From Squalus acanthias (Eukaryota), in contig CM059450.1 of the NCBI GenBank assembly GCA_030390025.1, positions 1,302,001 to 1,366,000 of the forward strand: a stretch of DNA of 64,000 nt. The letters run 5' to 3'. Shown piece by piece: positions 1 through 13,423 of the stretch (positions within the stretch are counted from its first letter, which is position 1; each line of letters starts with the position of its first letter). The notes beneath the pieces were generated by a model. It was not told the DNA's origin. It ran no database searches and was given only the letters and a program-made list of their open reading frames with translations. A program made the translations under genes and the position numbers.

Positions 1-2859
1 TTTTAATTTGAGATATTAAAATTCTAGCTATACCGAGGAATATTTTTGAATTTAATGTAACTCATTATGATCCCTCCACCCTAGAATTTTGGTTGAGCTG
101 TTAATTCGGTTTCATGTCGTTTGTAATTCATTTCATATCCCACGTGAAAGATTTTACCATTTGTTCAAACTGAGCAATGTAGTGACTGATTTTAAATTTC
201 AACCGGCACAAGGTGACTTTTAATTCAGACCTTAAAGCACTGAGTTTCTTTAAAAAGATTTATATAAGCGGTGAAACCAGTATAAATATATAAAATGCAG
301 TCAAATGTAAGTCATTATACCCTCAATGTTTTACATGCACTATGGGGTTTCCAGGTATCAGCTTTAAGAATGAGTGGGAAGGTGAAAAATCACCACGGTT
401 CCCACTCCTGATTGCTTTTCAGTAATCCTTGCTGGAAATGCATGTGTGTGTACTTGGATTGGGCAAGGTGATCATAGCTCTCCACAGTTGAATAGCCTGC
501 TAACATCTACTATCTAGGATCACACATGAAGAATGGACACTTCAGAGCTATATTAAGGGCTGCTGGCACATGGGAAGTTAAATCCCTACAAGATTCAGCC
601 TTTCAGAACAGGAGAAAACTGGAAGGAAAATTACTAATGAGAAGGGAAGCGTTGATTTCATTGTTATTGGAGCAACATTATAAGTACATTCAAAACAAAC
701 ATTTTGAGCATTTTGCTACACTTAACAGCTAGAGCAATTCTTCCCCTTGGTTATGTTAGATGATTAAAATCTGTCCATTTTAAAGGAACAATTTGAGTAT
801 CTTTTTTAAGGACTCCTTTGGAAATGCTGTCGTTGAAATGAATGATTGATACTGGTTATCTAGGTAGCTGTAGGATATCGGCACAGGATTTGGCTTAAGC
901 CTCGGGGAAAAAATCCTTGGATGGTACTTGCTCAAAAGATGCAGCTGTGCTTTTGTCTAGTTTTCAGATAGATAACGGTATAATGTGTGCATTTACCTGT
1001 GATAGATAAGTAGACTTAATGTTTTCATTTCTTTACTATATGCTGATTGCTGAATATTTGCATGGCACAATTTTGTTGAGCTTTCTCCTCCGTTGAATGC
1101 CAGTTTATTTTGTCCACTGCTTTTCCGGGGAGTGGCTCAATATAAGATTAGGCAGTGTTCAGATGGGTTGTGAAACAGCTAGTGAGGTGACAAAATACTA
1201 TCCCAGAAAGCTGATTTTGGGGAGTTTCAAACCTGATACTGCTTCAAGTACAGTTAAGTAAAACCTAAGTTATGTATCTCAATAATTGTGCTATTTCCTG
1301 AATTTATCAAAGGAATATTTATCTGTCCCATGTTCACTGTACTGGGGATATTAACTCAAATTCTGGGGGGTGGGGTTTGTGGTAGGGGGGGCCACATGTT
1401 AAAAATCTACAATCCTTCCACCACATTTATATTAAAATTTGTTACATTAGTAATTTGCTTACCACAGTTGAGAGGGGCATTGAAATGAATGATTTATACC
1501 ATATACCTTTACCAAAGTGCTTCATGGCTGCTTAATTATTAGTGAAATGCTTAATGAAGGTACTATGTTCTTTTAAAATTAGATAATCCAGGAGGGATGG
1601 TGGGGCACTCATTTGGCACTCCAACATGCTGCCTTATCAAATTGTAGGAGGTTTGTTTGCACCCGCAGCTTTCTACACACAGTAATGAGTTCCCACTCTG
1701 CCTTACCGTTGCTGATTTAGAGAACAGGAAGAAGAAAAATTAGCCATGCTGCTCTGGTGCGCCTCCTAGCAGTCTGATCAAGAGGTGCAATGACAATAAG
1801 AGCAATAGGTACAATATCACAATCCATGTAAACACGTCAAGGAATAGATCACGGTTCCCGCACATCCACCCCCACCCCCTTCCCATGCAGATGACTCGTC
1901 CTACAGCCAGGAAGGTGGGGCCATCCAGCTCTAGGAACTTGAGTGCAACCCCTAGTTGGCTGCTGGATTGGCTCGAGAGTGGAGTTGAGACTGCTAATGC
2001 ATTCAGTGAATATATCCCAGCTATCCAACCGTGCAGGGTGTCAATGCCAAATCAAATCCTGTCCTTATCTTCATAACTTCACACAGGAGCTTTCCAACAG
2101 GGGTTACTGAATAACAGTAACACCACCCACTGAAGCCCATTGTGTGTCCTGGCTGACACAAGCTAACTCAGCACAGACTGGGATACATCCTGGAATCTTC
2201 AGGTCTGTGTGACTGTGCTACACCAGGCACTGCCTTTATCTACCAGGCGACTGACTGAAATCTGCTGCAGTCTAAGGGTTTTGATAGGTCTTTTAAAAGT
2301 CTTACATCATCATATTTCAAACAAATGTCATTGGTTTCAGGTTAGAATTATTTTCTAAAATCTCAACTGAGCCCATGTAAATATTTGTCTCTATCCATTT
2401 AAAACAAAACAAGTGGATTTCATTTTTTTACACCAACCTTTAGCCGCAATGTGTTATATACAATGAACAATATAAAACCCCTGCAGTGTTCAGTCTGCAG
2501 AGGTCCCAGGTGTAATAAGTTATTCAACCGAGGATGTATGTCTTTGCAAAGTGCTTTGAATGGATTCCTACATTGGGGAAAATATTGCGAGTGCTTTCAC
2601 CTTCATTAGAGCTCTGGTGTTGCCAATAAAAAAGGTTGTAGCTTACCTCTTCGATTGGTATCTTTTGCTCATTTGAAACAGAGTCATTGCGTATACACAG
2701 CCTGTAGGAAAGCTGTACAGTGCCAATGATGCCGCAACTTCAGTCCACTTAGTTATTGGAATTGCTATTATGCAGATTGCATACAGGTGGGGCAAAAGAT
2801 GAAGTCGGAGAATAATTTTGAAGTGCTGGCAAACCTCAGGCACTTAGTAAGATAATTAC

Positions 2860-3295
2860 ATTGAATTTAAAGCACAGAGCGGGCCGTTCAGCCCAACTGG
2901 TCCACACGAGTCTCCTCCCACCCTACTTTATCGAACCTTAACAGCATTAACTTTCTATTCCTTTCTCCCTTATGTACTTATCTAGCTCCTCTTTAAATGC
3001 ATCCATGCTATTTGCCTCAACTACTCCATGTGGTAGCAAGTTTCACATTCTATCCACTCTCTGGGTAAAGAAGTTTCTCTTGAATTCCTTATTGGATTTA
3101 TTAGTGACTATCTTATATTTATGATCCCTAGTTTTAGATTACCCACAAGCCAAAACATTTTCCCTGTCTACCCTATAAAACCCCTTCCTAACCTTAAAGA
3201 TCTCTGTCAGGTCACCCCTTAGACTTCTCTTTTCTAGAGAAAAGAGCCGTAGCCTGTTCAATCTGTCCTGATGGTTATAACCTCTCCGTTCTGGA
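2860..3295 (-). mobile_element. CR1 3' fragment, degenerate
   Basis: Similar to the reverse-complemented CR1 ORF2 end and 3' UTR. Confidence 0.75.
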
Positions 3296-3344
3296 TTTTT
3301 GGTACCCTATCTGAAATTTCCTATTTTAATGCAAGAACAATCTG

Positions 3345-3690
3345 TGTTTTTATAGTGCCTTATTACATCTCTTAACATCGCAAAGTGCTTCACATACAGC
3401 GAATTATCTTGAAGTGCAATAACTATTATTACATGGGTAAATGTGAAACCATTTTATATAGAGCAAGGTTATGCAAACAGCAATGAGATGAATAAGCAGT
3501 TAATCTGTTTTTTGGTGGTTGAGGTTGCCTGAACAACTGGAACAGGTATATGGGGCCTTGGTTTAACATCCTAACTGAAGGGCAGCACCTCTTGACAGTT
3601 TAGTACTCCCTCAGTACTGCAATGTCAGTCTAGATTATGGATGGGACTTGAACCCATAACCTTCTGATTCTAGAGGAGAGAGCAAGATAA
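3345..3690 (-). mobile_element. SacSINE1-like DeuSINE, degenerate
   Basis: Collinear with 33405-33836. Confidence 0.7.
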
Positions 3691-4254
3691 TACACAGTAG
3701 TATTGAAATGCACTGATATGAAACATTGAAGTATAGTGTTCCTAATGGTATCCGTGTTGGGCTGTGTAATGTCTATTTACAAACCATTACAAGAAAGTTA
3801 CTGAATGAACATAGGACTGCCAATCTAGTAATTAGAATCATGCAACACAAAAGGAGGCCATTCGGCCCAACATGCCTGTGCCAGCCCTTTGAAAGAGTTA
3901 TCCAATTCGTCCCACAATACTGTAAATGACCAGTTATTGAGGTATTTCAGGTTAGTAAAGGTATGATGAGTAAGCTAACCATTTTTTACAAATTTGTATT
4001 TGGTCAGAACTAACCAACTAATTTTTGCTGTAAATAAAGTTTTTCTGAGTGAGGGATTAAAGAGATCTCTATCTGGTCCGCCAGCCTGCCAATGGGACCT
4101 CTTTGAGATGATGGTGAATTCCCTTCATAATGTGAGAAAGGCAGCACATCGCATAAATGGTAACTTTAAATGTTGCTGTTTCAAGCAGTTTGTCAACATC
4201 CAATCACTCCCAGCTAACAGCACAGTGGATTTGATAAATAGCTGTGGTCAAGGC

Positions 4255-4427
4255 AGATTCAGTAGTAACTTTCAAAGCGGAATTGGATAAATACTTGAAG
4301 GGGAAACAATTGCAGGGCTATGGGGAAAGCGCAGGGGAGTGGGACTAATTGGATAGCTCTTAAGAGCCAGCACAGGCACGATGGGCTGAATGGCCTCCTT
4401 TTGTACTGCATCATTCTATGATTCTAA
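4255..4427 (+). mobile_element. CR1 3' end fragment
   Basis: GAATTGGATAAATACTTGAAG..GGGCTATGGGGAAAG..GAATGGCCTCC..ATTCTATGATTCTA. Confidence 0.8.
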
Positions 4428-4734
4428 TTTGTCTGTAGGTGATGTGGTTTAAGCAGGGCAACTGGGACGTTGATAAGTTAGACATCCAATTAAAGGCAGG
4501 CACTGCGTCCCACTTGCCATGATGTTCAGAACAGCCCGGGACAGATTCCAGCAGTGATGTCAAAATGGTCTCCAGTACTGAGGTGATGATCATTCATCGT
4601 TGAAAAACACAGAATCGGAGTTGAATTATTTCCCTGCTATTAAAAGGAAATGATCTTCATAAAGAAATGGTTTGAAAACATTTTTGCTTGGAGAGTGAAG
4701 AATGATGTGTCATTTTTCTCAACAGGGTACATTA

Positions 4735-4990
4735 GCCTAGTGGTTACGCTACTGGACTAGTAACCCAACAGGTTAAGAGTTCAAATCCCACCATGTTATG
4801 AAATTGAATTCAACTGGTTCACTAATGTTCTTCAGGGAAGCTAACTTGCCACACTACCCAGTCTGGCCTACATGTGATTCTAGTCCCATGATACATGGTT
4901 GAATCTTGCTGTCCTCAGGGTAACTGGGGGCGGGCAGTAACACTGGCATGACACTGCCTTGTCAGTATCACCCATATGCCAAGAACAAAT
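4735..4990 (+). mobile_element. tRNA-derived SINE
   Basis: TAGCCTAGTGG box A and GAGTTCAAATCC box B followed by a repeat-like body. Confidence 0.65.
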
Positions 4991-7545
4991 TTTAAAAAAT
5001 GACATCGTGCTGATGTGCCTTGATTCGATTTGCATCTTTGTGTCTTTAGTTTGTAAACAAGTAATAAAGGCTTACCAGTACCTTTTTGTGAAGAGGCCCC
5101 TGAACGTGAGAAACTGGTTCCTAATCAAATTTTACAGCAACAGCTGAATTTAGTATGTCAGAGAAATCTACCATTAGGAACATTTCTGTTCGAGGGAAAG
5201 TGAACCATATGCAGTGTACTGGCAGCATCACTCGAGGGACGAGAAGAGATTAGGTCTTGTTTTCCTTTTAAGGTTAAACTAGGCTGGGCTGTACTTGAAT
5301 GATGTCCCTTTATAAAAATGAGCTGTTTATATTTCAGGATTTTCAACTTTGGTCAGATCTACAAAGGGGCGGAGTGACCAGTGTTGACTTGTTTGAACAC
5401 AGCCCTCTCATAGTATGTTGCTGTTTACACATTACTTCCAACAGGCACATTTAACATTTCCTTTACCCGCCTTCCTTCTCCACTTCAATTAAACACAATA
5501 AAAGAGAGTGGGAAAGAAAACAAAATACAGCATCTCGTTAAAGTTTCTAATTTGCTCTTTAGAAAAATTTCAGTTATTGTCCTTTTGAAATTCATGCGAT
5601 TCTAGTAGAGTCTCAAGTTCCCACTGGACTGTATTGTCAAAGAAATTACTAGCGTCTTGCAATCTGTGACCTCATTGGCTTCAAACTAGAGGGTTAAAAG
5701 CTTGGGCGGTCTGTCATTTGAACTTTCTAGCTTCAGCGGTCAGTTTTTCACCTGGGTCACAAGCTGGCTAGTAGAAAGAAATTACAACTTTTGGGGTCGG
5801 GAGGGAGGATTAGTGGAGAGAAAAAATGTTGTTAGTCCACTTAAATCATGCTGCTTTTTTACGGATTACAAATTACAGTTGAGGGTTGATGATTCCATCT
5901 TCCTGCATACGTAGCAGCAAAGAGTCCTGGGTCTTGGGAGGAGAAAGTAGGGTTAAAAGAATTGATGAAAGTGACTGTGTATTCGCAATCCACTCATTAG
6001 AAAGTGGCTGCTTCAGCTTTGGATAATTATTGTGCATTTGTTTCAGAAAAACGTTTCACAGATGTGTGTAGCAGCAGTGTTAACATTCCCAGTGGAGCAA
6101 ATCCATCCCAGACTACTTACTCATGTCTGAATACAATATCATTCAGCTCTGTCTGAGCCTCTGGGATGCTGGAATCAGTCAGATAAACATAAATGGTTCT
6201 GAAGATAGATCCAGATTGGGAGAGTGGAAAGGTTCATGGCTGTTTTCTCCTTTTCATCCAGTTGGAATCAGCCCCTTCAGTAAACCATTTAGTCTTGTTA
6301 GTTCAGTTGCATGGAAAAAACAGTCATCCTGAACAAACTGCATTGCATTTAAAGCGTAGCAAACCTTGTATTTACTGAATAGGTAGTTTGGATTTGATCC
6401 TTTCATTACCCTAGAAAATCAAATCCTGAATCCTATATTTGGAGGCAGTATCCTACACTGTTGTCAGGAATAGTTTATTATGTTTAGTCTTTTAAAACCT
6501 CTTGAATGAAGGTGACCAAGTGGTGCAGGCATTTCTACACCGTGCTGCTGAGGGACTGGGTTCAAATTGCAGCCCTGGCTGACAATTACCCCTAGCCTTC
6601 CCCTTGATGATGAATTGCTCGTCTTGGTGGGTTGTTGAGAACCGTACTCAGCATAGATGTAGTCCTATCCTTCTACAGTCAGGACTTGGGAAAATAGGGT
6701 GAAATGTAGATTGTTCAAATCTGAATCATTGATAGTACACATGTTTTTAGTTGAAAGAATTTTTTTTAATGCAACATTTTTTTTCCCCAAAAAGAAACTT
6801 ATTCAACTCCCTTTTCAAACCATACAAGAAACCACACAAAGTAATTGAACTGCAATTACTTGACTGGCTGGTGAGGCATAAAGACTGGCAGAAGCCATTG
6901 CAATCTTCTCACTCCTGATTAAATATTCCGGCAGTCTAAATGGGGTGGATTCACCAACCATAGTTGGCACCTCTGCACACTCAAAATCACATGCTAATGT
7001 GGCTGTACAATATAAATGAGTTATAAGATGAAGGGGCTGCGCTGAATGAAGCAGGTGTGCAAGCAGTGCAAACTTCAGTTGTCTTTGTCATAGTGTAAGC
7101 TATAAACATCTGGTAGTTTCCTGTGAGAGAAGTGGTCCAAAATGTGATGGCTCGCTTGTTACATTAGATGAAAGAAGTGCGGAGGACTGTTAGTCAAATA
7201 CATCAAAATGGGTTGCATTTCTTTAGACCAAGACGATCAAGTCTGACTTCAGTCTTGAACAAAATATTGAACGCTGTTCGTTTGAAAAAAGGCAGTTATT
7301 GGAAGTGAGATGTTTCTGTTCAGACCTACAAATTCTAACCAAGATAGTAGTTTTCGTCAACTTTTATAGGTTGAATTGGATATGCAAATTAGGTGAGAAG
7401 ATGAGTAAGACCTACCCTGTCAGGCTTGACCATGTGGGCATCGAGAAAAAATAGTGGAAGGTTTATTTCCATAATACTGGAGCATTCTAGCCTACTTATG
7501 CTTCCTCTTTGGAAAAACTGAACTGTAATAGAATTACATGGCCTA

Positions 7546-7916
7546 TGGGGGAGGGGGAACAGCCAGTTGTCGTGATACATGTTGGTACCAACGACGTAGC
7601 TAAAAAAAGGGAAGAGGTCCTACAAGTAGAATTTAGGGAGTTAGGAGCCAAGCTAAAATGTAGGACCTCGAAGGTAGTAATCTCTGGATTACTACCAGTG
7701 CCACGTGCTAGTAAGAGTACAGAGAACAGGATAGTTAGGCTAAATACGTGGCTTGAGCAGTGGTGTAAGAGGGAGGGTTTTAAATTTTTGAGGCATTGGA
7801 ACCAGTTTTGTGGTAGGTGTGACCTATACAAAAGGGACGGTCTACACCTGTGCAAAGATGGAACTGATGTTCTCGGGGTAATTTTTGATAAAGCAGTTCG
7901 GGAGCATTTAAACTAG
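7546..7916 (+). CDS. CR1 ORF1 C-terminal fragment, SGNH/GDSL esterase-like domain
   Basis: VVVIHVGTNDV, VVISGLLPV and DGLHL motifs; ends LN-stop. Confidence 0.85.
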
Positions 7917-8043
7917 TATGGCAGGGGGCTAGAAACCTATGTAGTGAAATAGAGGAAAGTGAAAGGCAGACAGAAATAAATGGTAAAAGGGTGAGGAACA
8001 AAAAACAAAGGGCCAAACTAATTCATAAAAAATGTGAGCATAA

Positions 8044-10854
8044 AAAAGCCTGAGGGTTTTATACCTTAATGCGAGAAGCATCAGGAACAAGGTAGATGAA
8101 TTAGCTGTGGAAATAGAGGTTAATAATTATGATCTAATTGGGATTACGGAAACATGGTTGCAGGGTGAGCAGGGCTGGGAGCTTAACATACAGGGGTATT
8201 CAGTACTTAGGAAGGATCGACAAAAAAGAAAGGGAGGAGGGGTAGCATTGCTGGTAAAAGAAGGGATAAATGCAATTGAAAGGAAGGATATTAACTCAGT
8301 TAATACAGAATCTATATGGGTGGAGCTAAGAAATAGCGAGGGGCGAAAAACATTAATAGGAGTGGTATATAGGCCTCCAAATAGTAAAATAGAGGTTGGG
8401 GAGGGCATCACGAGGGAAATTAGAGAAGCGTGCAATAAGAGCACAGCTGTCATCATAGGTGACTTTAACTTACATATAGATTGGAATAGCCTAATCAGTA
8501 AAAATAATGAGGAGGAGGAATTCCTTGAGTGTTTAAGGGATGGTTATCTGGATCAATATGTCGAGGAACCAACTCGGGAACAGGCTATATTGGACTGGGT
8601 ACTGTGCAATGAGAAGGGACTAATTAATAATCTTGTTGTACGGGGACCCTTGGGTCAGAGCGATCATAACATGATCGATTTCTCACTCGAAATGGAGAGC
8701 GAAGAAATTGACTCAGAGACTAAGGTCCTGAATTTAAACAAGGGGAATTATGATGCCATTAGACGGGAACTGAGTAGGTCTGATTGGACAACGTTCCTGG
8801 GAGGACTGGAGGTAGATAAACAATGGCAAGCATTTAAAGATAGAATGACAAAATTGCAAAAATTGTTTATACCAATCTGGCATAAAAGGAAATCTAAAAA
8901 GGTGACTCAACCGTGGATAACAGGGGAAATTAGAGACAGCATAAAATCCAAAGATAGGGCGTATAAAATAGCCAAAAAAAGCGCCAGAGCGGAAGATTGG
9001 GAACAGTTTAAGATAGAGCAAAGGAGGACAAAGGGCTTAATCAAGAGGGGCAAAATAGCTTACGAAAGCAAGCTGGCGGAAAATATAAAAACTAACTCCA
9101 AAAGCTTTTATAAGTATATCAAGAGGAAAAGACTGGTGAAAACCAAAGTTGGCCCATTGCAGTCAGATACGGGGGAATATATAACGGGAAATAAGGAAAT
9201 GGCAGACCAACTAAATGCATACTTTGGGTCAGTCTTTACGAAGGAAGACACAAAAAACCTCCCTGGGATATCGGGAAAAATAGGGACATTTGCAAAGGAG
9301 GAACTGACGCAATTCAATATCTCTAAGGATATGGTGTTAAGGAAGCTAAAGGGATTGAAGGCGGACAAATCCCCAGGACCTGATAACATGCATCCTAGGG
9401 TGCTGAAGGAGGTGGCCCTAGAGATAGCGGATGCACTAAGTATGATTTTTCAGAATTCATTAGACTCGGGAACAGTGCCCATGGATTGGAGGGTAGCTAA
9501 CGTTACCCCACTATTCAAAAAGGGGGGTAGGGAAAAAGCAGGTAATTACAGACCTGTAAGCCTTACATCAGTTGTGGGCAAAATGCTGGAGTCCATCATT
9601 AAGGATGAAATAGCGGAGCACTTAGCAAATGGGGACAGGATAGGACAGAGTCAACATGGATTTACAAAGGGTAAATCGTGCTTGACTAATCTATTGGAAT
9701 TTTTTGAGGGAGTAACTGGTAAAATAGATGGGGGAGAGCCAGTAGATGTGGTGTACCTGGACTTCCAAAAGGCCTTCGATAAGGTCCCACATAAAAGATT
9801 AGCAGGGAAAATTGAAGCTCATGGGATAAAGGGGAAAGTATTGACGTGGATAGAGAACTGGCTGTCAGATAGAAAACAGAGAGTTGGAATAAACGGCTCA
9901 TTTTCTGAATGGCAGGCAGTAACAAGTGGGGTACCACAGGGATCTGTCCTGGGTCCCCAGCTGTTCACAATTTACATTAATGACCTGGATCAGGGAGTCG
10001 GATGCAGCATTTCCAAATTTGCAGACGACACTAAACTAGGAGGGGGGGTGGGCTCAGAGGAGGAGACCAGGAAGCTCCAGAGCGATTTGGACAGACTGGG
10101 TGATTGGGCGGATAAATGGCAGATGCACTATAATGTGGACAAGTGCGAAGTTATCCACCTTGGGTGCAGGAACGGGAGGGCAAATTATTATTTAAATGGC
10201 AATAAATTGGGAGAGGGGGAAGTACAGAGAGACCTGGGTGTTCTTGTACACCAGTCACTGAAGGCGAGCATGCAGGTGCAACAGGCGGTCAAGAAGGCAA
10301 ACGGTATGCTGGCCTTCATAGCAAAAGGGTTGGAATACAGGAACAGGGATACCTTGCTGCAGCTGTACAGGGCACTGGTGAGACCACACCTCGAGTACTG
10401 TGTACAGTTTTGGTCGCCTCATCTGAGGAAAGATGTTCTTGCCATGGAGGGGGTGCAGCGGCGATTCACCAGGCTGATACCAGGAATGGCGGGATTGACC
10501 TATGAGAGACTATGTAGTTTAGGGATGTACACACTGGAGTTTAGAAGATTGAGAGGGGACCTCATAGAAGTGTATAAAATTCTGACAGGTCTGGACAGAC
10601 TAGATGCAGAAGGAATGTTTCCCTTGGCGGGTGAGAACAGAACTAGAGGACATAATTTAAGGATAAGGGCTAAACCATTTAGGACAGAAATGAGGGGGAA
10701 TTTCTTCACTCAGAGGGTGGTGAACATGTGGAACTCATTGCCACAGAGGGCAGTGTACGCCAGCTCATTAAATATATTTAAGAGGGAATTAGATATATTT
10801 CTACAGGCAAAAGGGGTTAAGGGTTACGGAGAGAAGGCGGGGACGGGATACTGA
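8044..10854 (+). CDS. CR1 ORF2: APE endonuclease plus reverse transcriptase, uninterrupted
   Basis: Open from 8044 (LYLNARSIRNK); GITETW, GDFN and SDHN endonuclease motifs; YLDFQKAFD, GVPQGSVLGP and KFADD RT motifs; no ATG before the endonuclease domain. Confidence 0.95.
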   Translation, partial: KSLRVLYLNARSIRNKVDELAVEIEVNNYDLIGITETWLQGEQGWELNIQGYSVLRKDRQKRKGGGVALLVKEGINAIERKDINSVNTESIWVELRNSEGRKTLIGVVYRPPNSKIEVGEGITREIREACNKSTAVIIGDFNLHIDWNSLISKNNEEEEFLECLRDGYLDQYVEEPTREQAILDWVLCNEKGLINNLVVRGPLGQSDHNMIDFSLEMESEEIDSETKVLNLNKGNYDAIRRELSRSDWTTFLGGLEVDKQWQAFKDRMTKLQKLFIPIWHKRKSKKVTQPWITGEIRDSIKSKDRAYKIAKKSARAEDWEQFKIEQRRTKGLIKRGKIAYESKLAENIKTNSKSFYKYIKRKRLVKTKVGPLQSDTGEYITGNKEMADQLNAYFGSVFTKEDTKNLPGISGKIGTFAKEELTQFNISKDMVLRKLKGLKADKSPGPDNMHPRVLKEVALEIADALSMIFQNSLDSGTVPMDWRVANVTPLFKKGGREKAGNYRPVSLTSVVGKMLESIIKDEIAEHLANGDRIGQSQHGFTKGKSCLTNLLEFFEGVTGKIDGGEPVDVVYLDFQKAFDKVPHKRLAGKIEAHGIKGKVLTWIENWLSDRKQRVGINGSFSEWQAVTSGVPQGSVLGPQLFTIYINDLDQGVGCSISKFADDTKLGGGVGSEEETRKLQSDLDRLGDWADKWQMHYNVDKCEVIHLGCRNGRANYYLNGNKLGEGEVQRDLGVLVHQSLKASMQVQQAVKKANGMLAFIAKGLEYRNRDTLLQLYRALVRPHLEYCVQFWSPHLRKDVLAMEGVQRRFTRLIPGMAGLTYERLCSLGMYTLEFRRLRGDLIEVYKILTGLDRLDAEGMFPLAGENRTRGHNLRIRAKPFRTEMRGNFFTQRVVNMWNSLPQRAVYASSLNIFKRELDIFLQAKGVKGYGEKAGTGY

Positions 10855-13423
10855 ATTGGAGGATCAGCCATGATCTCATTAAATGGCGGAGCAGGCTCGA
10901 AGGGCCGGATGGCCTACTCCTGCTCCTATCTTCTATGTATCTATGTATCTATGTATTAAAGCACATACTTTCCAAAGTAAGGAAGGTAAGATTGTTAAAT
11001 ATCATTCTTCTCTTTCATCCTTACAAAGACTCAATGGGTACATGCATTATATGATAAATCACTGAGTCATACAGCCCTGGAAGGTTCCAAGATTGATTCC
11101 TATCTCTGGTGAGTTCGAAGGATGCTACAGTTTGCCTCATTGTTCCCTGGCTAGAGAGGAGGTAAAAACCTCTCCTGATCACTATCCAGCAACCTGCACT
11201 GGAGTGGATGAGTAGGTGTTGAGCCAGGGTATTGTTGGACTTGGCTGTAATGAACTTCAGCTTCAAACGGAATGCTGGCCATCGCTATGCAGGTTCATAT
11301 ATGAAGAGTAGCTACTTGAGCGAAGTACTAGGTTGCCGCTGCGTGAGGGACTGTACCCCAGTCTAATTAAATGGCACGTAGGTGGCACAGCCTGCTGGAA
11401 GGATGCAAGTGTGTACCTTTGATTCTTTGTGTGGCCTACTTTTTACTGGTTATTTTGTCAAGAAGCCAGGTGCTTTCTTACAGGTAGAGAAAACTGAAAG
11501 CATGAGATCCTTTGACTACTGCCACACCTCATACTTGGCAGTGGGCTGGCAGCAGCTCTTGGTAACCTTCTCATGCCTGCGAATAGCGAGGGAGCCTTAA
11601 AAGAAGGAGGAATTGCAAAAAAGTATTTATTAAACTGCTAGGAATAATCAGACTTTCAAAACTAGGAACACATTTGGAGGAGGGCCTTGTCTATGAATAT
11701 AACAGAGTTCTGAATATGAGACTAAATATTTCAGATCAGTCCCTCTCTTCTTCGGTCCACCCTTTTAGTCTGGAGTCATAGTGTTCATATTAAAATGGAT
11801 TAATTAGGAATTGTGAATCCCTGAAAAATTGTTTGCTTTGGCAAGTTTAATGCAGCTTTTTCCAGGAGAGTTTAACTTTTTTCTGTAGTGAGTTATGATG
11901 GCACAGGTTTACTATAAGTAGCTTGGTTGCAAAAGCAGAGCATGTCTGATGCCAGCCACAAGACTGTAAAATGTTAAGAGTAATGAAGTCTGAAATCCTA
12001 GTTAGGAGGGGCAGGTGTGACATATTTAATCATTTCTTCTTCGATGCACCTGATTCTAACATTAATAAAATAGAAACACCCATTAATAAAATAGTTAGTG
12101 CAAAAAAATTGCTGATATCTGTAAAATTAAGTATTGTGCGGAGAAGATTTAGCATGTTAGTAATGAGGGCGCCAGACATCTTGGAAGTGAATCTACTGCA
12201 GCAGTGGAAAGTTCTGCATGACGCATGCTGAAATGTGTTTTTCATTAGTGACTGCCTTTGGCAAAAGCTGTGAATTTCTTTACCATTGCTGGAGCACTTT
12301 ATGCAGTTAACTCTATCTGTACTAAACTTTTTTTTGTTTTCACTTATGTTCTGCTGTATTAGTGATATCTCAAAGTAAATTTCTTGACTTTCAGAGAAAG
12401 GGTTAGAGCCTCAATCAAGTTGAAACCCAATGCCAATTACCATTAAAATGTCTAACTTCTGTTGGTGAGTTTTGGCTGCCAGATGGAGTGCCTCATGGTA
12501 ATGGAACACTCTATTCTGAGAAGGAAATCAGCTAAGATGGAGTTACATGGGCAGTGAAGGACCCAGCAAAACATGTCGCAAAACCATTCCTCGTTGTTCT
12601 TTCCGCCACGCGCCCCCCCCCCTCCCCCCAGTTCCCACTCCTGATGACCATCCAGAGTGACTCTGTTGTGTAATGTAAATGAGGTTTCTACATTGTCTTC
12701 AATTTTCAAGTGGCTGTCACTTATAAGATCCACACTTTCAGCCTCTGAAAAACAGCACTAAGCACGATTGCTGCTGTTATTGTTGGCAGTATTCTGTTAA
12801 GACTATTTCAAGGCCCTTTTCCTTTATATTGATTGTGAAAGAAGCCATGCCAAAATGACCTTCATGCAGCACTCTCCTACATTTATATTGTAGTAGATGA
12901 ATAGACTGTAATTTTCTAAATCTGCCTCCAACTGCCTACAGACGAGTGCAGGCAAATGACAATATAAAAGATGATTTGAATCAACTCTGCAAATTTAAAA
13001 AAAAATTGAAATGGTTCGTTTGAGATTTGACATTAAACCAGTTCTGTGCATCAGTGTGCTTGTGTCAAGGTGCTGGTTTGAGTTGAGATGCAAGCATGCT
13101 GACTTGCTGAGCTGGCTCAACACATTTAGCAGCCCTGAGGGGAACTGGGTATTCCAGTGGCAAAACGCAAACATGGGTCTATGGCAGTTGGGCTGTTTAT
13201 TTTCAGGATTGCCATTAACAATGTCAAAATGAGTTTCCCCAATCAGCAGCATTTTGTATAAGGTTAGTGTTTTTACATTTGGGGAGGAAGGTGAGGAATA
13301 TGCAGTTGTATACTGTAGTTGCCCAGCTGAAGTGGTGACTCCCTGAAGCAACGTTTTGGTTCAGAGGCAGACCAGAATGAGGCTATTGTATCTGCCACTG
13401 TACTAAGGCCCGAGGGGGAAAAT

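Larger units (their letters stand above)
7546..10956 (+). mobile_element. CR1-clade LINE, 5'-truncated within ORF1, young
   Basis: Esterase-type ORF1 tail, EN-RT ORF2, CR1 3' UTR (GGCTCGAAGGGCCGGATGGCCTACTCCTGCTCCT) and (CTATGTAT)3 tail at 10933-10956. Confidence 0.95.

Noticed and set aside
8127-10709. Minus-strand ORFs over the CR1
   Set aside because: Shadow ORFs antisense to ORF2 with no independent motifs.
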